From the IMG/VR virus record IMGVR_UViG_3300042885_000276, positions 1 to 61,870 of that record: 61,870 bases of DNA. One strand, 5' to 3'. Within the stretch, counting starts at the first letter, position 1, and each line of letters opens with the position of its first letter. Under the pieces are notes generated by a model. It worked only from the letters and a program-made list of their open reading frames with translations, was not told where the DNA came from and did not search any database. Positions 56,172-61,870 of the stretch are shown one piece after another. The position numbers were made by a program, and so were the translations under genes. This DNA is from a virus (taxonomy: Duplodnaviria > Caudoviricetes).

Positions 56172-56334
56172 AAACAAAAAGGCCGCTCAGGTTGCTCCCC
56201 CGGTTGCGGCCCGGTTTTACCCGGCGAGGAAGCGGCCTGAACGGCCAATGATTGATAAAGCATCTGGTTCTATATGGACGCAACTCCCAAGAACTTCGAC
56301 ACACCAACGCTACTGCATCAAAAAATACAGTCAA
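56172..56334 (-). promoter_or_regulatory. Promoter plus C4/CI-like structured attenuator before the replication genes
   Basis: TTGACT-N16-TAGCGT; GTTGCG site; branched stem 56181-56246 exposing CGCAAC, then U-tract. Confidence 0.5.
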
Positions 56335-56340
56335 CAAAAA

Positions 56341-56715
56341 CTACCCAATCGCGGCCAGTTCTTCGTGTTGAGCCAGCACATTCTGCACATAGGCAATTTC
56401 CAAGGCTTCGCCAAATTGAGCTTCGAGTAGGCAATTGTAAAGCCTGTCTGCATCCTTGCGCGATTCGACCAGCTTACCACGCCATATATCCTCAATGCGG
56501 ATCAGTTGCGCCTGGAAGCTCTCCTGGCGTTCTTGAAGGCGTTGGTTTAACTCGGTGATCACCTCACCTATTTTGAGGCATTTAAGCTCCAATTCGGCAG
56601 ATTTCGTGATAAGACTGTTCCGTTCTAGTACAATTTTTCGGGCAAATTCTGTAGAAACCATGTATTTTTGAGAGAAAGCCATTTTCTCAGCCGCATCTGT
56701 CTCTGGTGTATTCAT
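56341..56715 (-). CDS. Hypothetical coiled-coil protein (TPETDA...FARKLE-type)
   Basis: 124-aa ORF. Confidence 0.7.
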   Translation of the reverse strand: MNTPETDAAEKMAFSQKYMVSTEFARKIVLERNSLITKSAELELKCLKIGEVITELNQRLQERQESFQAQLIRIEDIWRGKLVESRKDADRLYNCLLEAQFGEALEIAYVQNVLAQHEELAAIG

Positions 56716-56717
56716 AT

Positions 56718-56960
56718 TCAGTTATTGATAAAGTGTACGTCGATCTCTGCTGCGATGTCCTCAACCATGTCGTCCAGTGTATCGACAGCGCATTCCCAAA
56801 CTGCATCGCGCATCAATGGGTCGTAGCTGGCGATTTGAACGGCTAGCAGGTGAATGAGAACTTGTGTAGTCTCGTCCTTGGATGCCTTAGTGCTATTAAG
56901 TGTGCGAGCCAATTGATTGTGTAGGCGGCATTCCGCGGATGGTTGTTTTGAGTTTGCCAT
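56718..56960 (-). CDS. Hypothetical protein
   Basis: 80 aa, coupled to the resolvase gene. Confidence 0.65.
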   Translation of the reverse strand: MANSKQPSAECRLHNQLARTLNSTKASKDETTQVLIHLLAVQIASYDPLMRDAVWECAVDTLDDMVEDIAAEIDVHFINN

Positions 56961-57409
56961 TATTTGATTGTTCTCCGGCAGTATTCAGCAATGAGCAGAC
57001 CGTCCGCAATTGCATGTGTAATCTTCAGATGTGGAAACAACTGCTGAGATTTGGCCTTGCTCACGTTCTTATCGCCTTTTGTTAAGCATCCAAGCTCTTT
57101 CTGCCATCTTTGTGGAGTGACGTAGGTGTATGGGATGCGTGCCGCAGTGAGTGCCATCTCTAGGTTTCCAAATCCACGTCCAAATTTGAAGGACGATGAA
57201 ACTCCCTGCCCCGGCATGGAATGCACAGATTCAAGACAACAGTGAATCGTGTCACGCTTAAAATCGTCTGGATTCCATTCATCAAACACTTCCCACAAAT
57301 CAGTCAGAGTCTCAGGCATTTTTACAGCCCAAGCCTTCGCTGGATTATTGTCAGGAATGAAGGCGATGCTACCAGACTGTCCTGGGTCCACTCCGATAGA
57401 CAGCTTCAT
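56960..57409 (-). CDS. RuvC-like Holliday junction resolvase
   Basis: IGVDPG..G, LESVHSMPGQGVSSSFKFG, VTPQRWQK, ADGLLIA. Confidence 0.9.
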   Translation of the reverse strand: MKLSIGVDPGQSGSIAFIPDNNPAKAWAVKMPETLTDLWEVFDEWNPDDFKRDTIHCCLESVHSMPGQGVSSSFKFGRGFGNLEMALTAARIPYTYVTPQRWQKELGCLTKGDKNVSKAKSQQLFPHLKITHAIADGLLIAEYCRRTIK

Positions 57410-57545
57410 GATCCCTCCATTTCTAATTCCATCACGCGAATCCTAGCCCACTCAATCCACTCGGATTCAGCCTTGCTGATTTCCTCTTTGCAGGAGTGAT
57501 AGACAATCGCATCGTCAAACAGTGCGATCTTTTCTTTGTTTGGAT

Positions 57546-57740
57546 TCATAGGTCGATCTCGTCTGTATTGAAATAATTACGCACGTTGCTACTTGGGTAT
57601 GCAGCATTGAGCAATGGAAACACCAAGTCCATAATTGTGGCTCGGCATGTCATGTCATCATCTGGAATCTCAATCGAGATCGTTGGTGATGGTATGCCTT
57701 CTCGCGGAGGATTGATTGTTGGTTCAAGAGTAAGTTTCAT
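57546..57740 (-). CDS. Hypothetical protein
   Basis: 64-aa ORF. Confidence 0.55.
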   Translation of the reverse strand: MKLTLEPTINPPREGIPSPTISIEIPDDDMTCRATIMDLVFPLLNAAYPSSNVRNYFNTDEIDL

Positions 57741-57742
57741 AT

Positions 57743-57775
57743 AAAAAGTGTGGCCGATATTTTAACCCTCGGCCA
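57743..57775 (-). terminator. Putative terminator after the SSB-like gene
   Basis: TGGCCGA-loop-TCGGCCA then CACTTTTT. Confidence 0.45.
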
Positions 57776-57794
57776 ACGGGCTTGTTGATTTAGA

Positions 57795-58172
57795 TTACCA
57801 GGGAATATCAGTGGTATCTTCGTCCTTCATCAGTGGATGCTCTCTCGCTGGTGTTGCTGTTTTTGGAGCAGAACGAGATCCGCCATCGAAGATGAACTCC
57901 TTTCCATTGCCAATAAATGGAGTGTACTTTTTGGCTTGGCGTTCTTCCTTGGTGGTGCTCTCAGAGACACTGTGAGTTTTGCCAAACTTGTCTTCACCAT
58001 CACGGTTGCTTTTCACATCCAGGGATAGGTAGCACTTGCCATTTGCATGTGCGTTGATGCGGCTCTCTGGGATGCAGATCGCGACATACTCTTTGCCGTC
58101 TTTTCCGGTGATTTTCTTTGCGCCCTGAAGAGCGAGAAGGTCGAAACTGATGTTGATTGTGCTATTTGCCAT
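57795..58172 (-). CDS. Single-stranded DNA-binding protein-like
   Basis: Beta-rich core, FIGNGK, acidic-aromatic tail DEDTTDIPW; next to RecET. Confidence 0.65.
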   Translation of the reverse strand: MANSTINISFDLLALQGAKKITGKDGKEYVAICIPESRINAHANGKCYLSLDVKSNRDGEDKFGKTHSVSESTTKEERQAKKYTPFIGNGKEFIFDGGSRSAPKTATPAREHPLMKDEDTTDIPW

Positions 58173-58181
58173 ATTGTTGTG

Positions 58182-58814
58182 TTATTTTGATTTACATTTA
58201 GCTCTTTTTCTGTGTGAGCAGTTGTCGCATAATCCATGACGAACGTGCTTACAAGATGTGGTTCCGCATTGGATGCAATTTTTGTGTTTTCTTGACCACT
58301 GTCCACATGTTTTGTGAAGTGTTGCGTGCTGAGATTGCGTCATAACTTCAAGATTCTCTATACTATCGCCAGTGCAATCTCCGTTTTTATGATGAATGAT
58401 CTCATTCGGCAATAAATACCTACCAAGATGATTCTCCATAACTAATCTGTATCGCAATACATGCGATCCTCCAGAGTGAGATGGATATGGATGGTTTGGA
58501 GTATAAATCAGCGTTCTGTTATCATGTATTTTAATTTCTCCACCTTTCCACTTTGGATTATAAGATCCAGTTTTGCAGTTAATTGGCCTATCTGCTTGCA
58601 AGTTTCCATTATTCTTTAGTCGTTGGTAATGAGGTCCACACAATCCACGATTAGCTACTTTTCTTTGGCAATTTCTAATTGGGCATGCTTCTCCTTTTTT
58701 GCGATAGCCATCTTCTTTGCTTGCTCGGTTGTCAGAGTTCTTTTGGATTTCTTCCCACCAATCGAACCCATTGACGCCAAGTATTTTTTGATTTCTTGAT
58801 TCATTTAAATTCAT
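58182..58814 (-). CDS. HNH endonuclease
   Basis: NPKWKGG, RLVMENHLGRYL...HHKNGD...IENL...H...H; Cys clusters. Confidence 0.85.
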   Translation of the reverse strand: MNLNESRNQKILGVNGFDWWEEIQKNSDNRASKEDGYRKKGEACPIRNCQRKVANRGLCGPHYQRLKNNGNLQADRPINCKTGSYNPKWKGGEIKIHDNRTLIYTPNHPYPSHSGGSHVLRYRLVMENHLGRYLLPNEIIHHKNGDCTGDSIENLEVMTQSQHATLHKTCGQWSRKHKNCIQCGTTSCKHVRHGLCDNCSHRKRAKCKSK

Positions 58815-58841
58815 AATTGACTACCAATAAACGTAAGCCGT

Positions 58842-59639
58842 TTACGTTGCAAGCCATTTCTTTTTCTCCCATACAGGAATATCCAAACTGAGTACTCCCT
58901 TAGAATATCCAGGCCAATTTCCAGTAGCAAGACAAGTCGAGTATGTGTCAATGCAGCGATTCATCTGTGCCCTTCCAATTTCTAAAGCCTCTTCCGGTGG
59001 TTGATAAAAAACAACATCGTGAGGCTCTTGTGTCTCTACAACCATCCATAGCCATAATGGTGGCTCCTCTAAACCCAGTTCTAATGCTAGAAGAGTTTGA
59101 TACCAAGCGCATTGAGCCGTATATTTTAGTCCAAATACCTTTCGACCAAAATCATCTGGGTCGGCTGATGATGTAGTTTTTAGGTCCAGTATCATAGGCT
59201 TACCACTTTCATCCTGGCCGTATGCGTCAAGCCGCCCCTTGATCTCGACGCCCTTGTAATTGTTCACAATGCCTACTTCGCGCTGCTTGCACAGGTTGAG
59301 CATGTATTGAGCGTCAGGGCTATTGCGGACAGCCTCAACAGTGCGGACAACTGTTGCATGCTCAGCCAGAGACAGGATGGTCATGCCAGCGTGTTTATCG
59401 CGCCATGCCTTGCCCTCTTTGGTCCGAAGATCAATATCAACAGGCTTAACGGTATGGCTGTATGGTTTGCCTTCGAGCACAGTTTCGTGAACGATGGTTC
59501 CAATAGTCATCTCAATTGAAGGCTCAAATGTCTTTTTGAGCGATGACTGATAATGCTTTGGGGACTTGAGGATGGTCTTTAGGCTACTGAAATTAGCAGC
59601 CGGATGCGACCTATAAGTTTGTTCGTCTAGGATAATCAT
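58842..59639 (-). CDS. RecE/ExoVIII-like PD-(D/E)XK exonuclease (DUF3799)
   Basis: S.LK, GTIVH..VLE, KGRLD, DLKT, Y..Q.AWY, WPGY. Confidence 0.9.
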   Translation of the reverse strand: MIILDEQTYRSHPAANFSSLKTILKSPKHYQSSLKKTFEPSIEMTIGTIVHETVLEGKPYSHTVKPVDIDLRTKEGKAWRDKHAGMTILSLAEHATVVRTVEAVRNSPDAQYMLNLCKQREVGIVNNYKGVEIKGRLDAYGQDESGKPMILDLKTTSSADPDDFGRKVFGLKYTAQCAWYQTLLALELGLEEPPLWLWMVVETQEPHDVVFYQPPEEALEIGRAQMNRCIDTYSTCLATGNWPGYSKGVLSLDIPVWEKKKWLAT

Positions 59640-60373
59640 TCTGCCACCTCCTGCATCGAAGGAAGCGCAAGGCTTGCGGTTGGTTTTGGGGTTATGTCGC
59701 GCTCAAGAACGACATCGCCATCTTTCTCGATGTGCTCTGCGATTTCACTAGCAAGCGGCAGCAGTTTGCACAGTCGGCGCAAACTTGTCTTCTTCGCCAT
59801 TTCGCCGTAATCCGTAGCCCATGGACCAGAGTTACCAGAGCGTGAACGCTTGCGGATAGCATCAACCTCATCCTTTGTCATGGTAGCGGTTTGAGTTTCG
59901 CCAGACTTGAGAACGGCTTCTGCATATACAGCTTGGATTTCTCCACGAGGTTTACGCCACTCGACCTTGTGCGTGATTTTGCCATTTTCCCATACGAACT
60001 CATCATTCTCACAAACGAGTTCAGAGCGAATGCTGACAACATCGCCGGAGCGACGAACAAGCTCGATCATGCCCATATATGACAAAATCAGAGTGCATTC
60101 AGATCCGTAAGGAATCAGATAGGCACGTCGTCCATCTGGCTCAAGACCTGCGGCAGAAAGGTCTAGCAAGCATTTGAATAGACTTGCCTGAGTGCAATCC
60201 TGCAACTTTGGTGTTCGCTGCAATGCTGTGAGAGCAATGCGCGAGAACCGCTCAGGAGTCATGTGCTTTGGCAGCGCCAATGCTACTTGCTCGCGGAACT
60301 TTTCTCCGCCGATCATCTCTTTGAGAGTCGGTTGCTTAATCGTTGGTTTTGTTTCTGTATTGTTGTCGCTCAT
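59636..60373 (-). CDS. recT: RecT recombinase
   Basis: ALPKHMTPERF, GLEPD..AYLIPY, YMGMIELVRRSG, PW.TDY.EMAKKT.LRRLCK.LP. Confidence 0.95.
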   Translation of the reverse strand: MSDNNTETKPTIKQPTLKEMIGGEKFREQVALALPKHMTPERFSRIALTALQRTPKLQDCTQASLFKCLLDLSAAGLEPDGRRAYLIPYGSECTLILSYMGMIELVRRSGDVVSIRSELVCENDEFVWENGKITHKVEWRKPRGEIQAVYAEAVLKSGETQTATMTKDEVDAIRKRSRSGNSGPWATDYGEMAKKTSLRRLCKLLPLASEIAEHIEKDGDVVLERDITPKPTASLALPSMQEVAE

Positions 60374-60554
60374 GTGTTTTGTATGTGGGTGAGAAATTAA
60401 CTGAACCTAAGTTTTAATGCGGCAATAATGCTTTTCCAGTTATCCGGTTTGCGCTTTGGAAATGGATGGTTAGTGCGGCCAATGACTGGCATGGTGCCAA
60501 CATCAATGCCGAGGTAATCAAGTGCGGCGATGACGCCAGGAGTGCGATCTACAT

Positions 60555-60905
60555 TCATGCCAGTTTTCCGTGCATATATTCGCGGCTCGCGTTGTAAGCC
60601 ATCTTCAATTCGACGGCTTTGCCAATGTCGATGCCACGTGCTTTAGACGAATCCAAAACACGGATAATGATGTCTGCGAATTCTTCTTCTTCGCAGGTAA
60701 GCGGGCAATCTTTGTCGCACTGGCTTTCAAGGTGGCCCTTGCGTGCTGCCTCCCAAAGTTCGCTCACTTCTCCGTGAAGGTTTGCTGTCCATTTGGAGTA
60801 GAGTTCGACGGAAGAGTATTCGTAATCCGCGTCATGGAATCCCTTGTCTGATGCGTTTTTATAGGCTGCATCGGCCAGTTCATTTAGTGCTTCTCTTGTA
60901 TTCAT
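60555..60905 (-). CDS. MazG-like NTP pyrophosphohydrolase
   Basis: HGEVSELWEA.RK...EEEFADIIIRVLD...KMAYN..R. Confidence 0.85.
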   Translation of the reverse strand: MNTREALNELADAAYKNASDKGFHDADYEYSSVELYSKWTANLHGEVSELWEAARKGHLESQCDKDCPLTCEEEEFADIIIRVLDSSKARGIDIGKAVELKMAYNASREYMHGKLA

Positions 60906-60926
60906 ATTTTATCGGGTTGAGTTGTA

Positions 60927-60955
60927 ATGTTAGTCCGATTTGTCCGCTTTGTCCA
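60927..60955 (-). promoter_or_regulatory. Putative promoter with an AAAGCGGACA box in its spacer
   Basis: TGGACA-N17-TAACAT. Confidence 0.5.
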
Positions 60956-61148
60956 GTTGCTTTTTCGGCGCTTTTAACGATTGCAAATATTCCACAATTG
61001 TTGGCACCGTTTCTTTGCGCGGCTTCACTTTGCCACTGGCCCATTCGTAAAGGCGCTGGCGATCAGTTCCGATCAGTCGAGCCATTTTAGTTGCTGATCC
61101 GTGCGGACCTTCATCAAGGTGTTTTTTGAGTAGTGCTGCGAGGTTCAT
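60930..61148 (-). CDS. Cro-like HTH protein
   Basis: HGSATKMARLIGTDRQRLYEWASGKVKP. Confidence 0.75.
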   Translation of the reverse strand: MNLAALLKKHLDEGPHGSATKMARLIGTDRQRLYEWASGKVKPRKETVPTIVEYLQSLKAPKKQLDKADKSD

Positions 61149-61153
61149 ATTTT

Positions 61154-61375
61154 TTAGTGTGTTGCGAGATATTCGAGAGATTCCATACACTCAGGCTCAC
61201 GAGCGGCCCAGCGCATGATGATGGCTTTCATGGTGCCGATTTTGGCGACTCTTCGGGAAGCTCCGTCTTTGTATTGTTTTGCGGCGCTTTCAAGAATGGT
61301 TTCGAGCAGTTTTTCGGCTCGTTCATATCGTTCGGTGAATGTCGTCACCAGTTCTGGGTCTGCTTCGGTTGTCAT
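61154..61375 (-). CDS. Hypothetical protein (MTTEADP...)
   Basis: ATG at 61375; the longer 231-aa call arises from the terminal indel. Confidence 0.6.
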   Translation of the reverse strand: MTTEADPELVTTFTERYERAEKLLETILESAAKQYKDGASRRVAKIGTMKAIIMRWAAREPECMESLEYLATH

Positions 61376-61446
61376 ATTTTGGGTTGTTAACTTTGGTCTA
61401 ATCGTCCGTTTTGTGCAAATGGTTTTTCGGCCCTTAGAAATGATTT

Positions 61447-61593
61447 TCACGGCTCCTGCCACCAGGGCTTGAGCTTGGCGAGTTTGCGGTCTTCCGCCTC
61501 GCGTCTTTCCTGCGCTTGCCGCGCTTCCTGCTCCCGCTGGCGCTGTGCTAGGAGAGCGAAGAAAGCGGCGAGCTTGTCGGTGTTTGCGGTCAT
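61447..61593 (-). CDS. Small charged helical peptide (MTANTDK...PWWQEP)
   Basis: Manual translation, 48 aa, A/C-rich leader. Confidence 0.5.
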   Translation of the reverse strand: MTANTDKLAAFFALLAQRQREQEARQAQERREAEDRKLAKLKPWWQEP

Positions 61594-61619
61594 GGTCGTG
61601 CGTTTTTGTGTTATTTTTG

Positions 61620-61870
61620 GTGATTTTATCCAGCCACGCTGGCGTACCCGTCTCGCGCCTCCTGTGCGTACTCGTTAGCGTACCATTCCCAACATTCCGG
61701 CCCGCTCTCAGGCCAACAGCGCCTTGCTTTTTCGTACTCACGTTCCAGATTGCAGACGTGTCTAATCCTCTCGGCTCCACGCAGGTTTCAATCGTTTTCA
61801 TGTTGCTTTTAGTTTGGTTTCTCGGCGCATAATCGCGCCCTCTTGCCATCTTGGCGGCTGGCGATGCCGC
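61620..61870. repeat. Terminal direct repeat, right copy
   Basis: Matches 1-252 with one C missing. Confidence 0.97.

Noticed and set aside
61154-61849. 231-aa ORF at the right end
   Set aside because: Created by the 1-nt deletion in the terminal repeat; better explained as separate small genes
1-61870. Alternative genetic code, tRNA genes, introns or inteins
   Set aside because: Long genes are intact under the standard code with all three stop codons used; no cloverleaf or splicing motifs recognised by eye, though tRNAscan/Infernal were not run

Overview
The window is an apparently complete ~61.6 kb tailed-phage genome. Bases 1-252 recur at 61620-61870 with a 1-nt indel. The gene layout is podovirus-like: portal, scaffold, major capsid, tail fibre, TerL and a 3170-aa ejection-type protein, with no tape measure or tail tube recognised. 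It also has lambda-like replication (initiator with iterons, DnaB), RecET, RuvC and three HNH genes; no DNA polymerase, integrase or tRNA was recognised. Most notable observations: (1) an integron-type attC cassette array (52285-53430) plus a decayed solo cassette (~6019-6300), with genes inverted relative to attC, start and stop codons inside the attC sites, and one shared reading frame across every crossover core, although the phage encodes no integrase; (2) a complete type II hammerhead ribozyme with a 7-bp pseudoknot (638-698, minus strand), in the same intergenic slot that long RNase III-like hairpins occupy elsewhere in the early operon; (3) a mucin-like protein with a 108-residue Thr/Ser/Pro tract coupled to a methyltransferase and two glycosyltransferase-like genes, plus a second glycosylation cluster before the portal; (4) a C5 methyltransferase encoded in two fully overlapping frames, one with four tandem GW-x-(T/S)-P modules; (5) several unexplained structured non-coding regions. 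All calls come from reading motifs by eye and no database search was run. A PVC/Verrucomicrobia-like host is only an inference.
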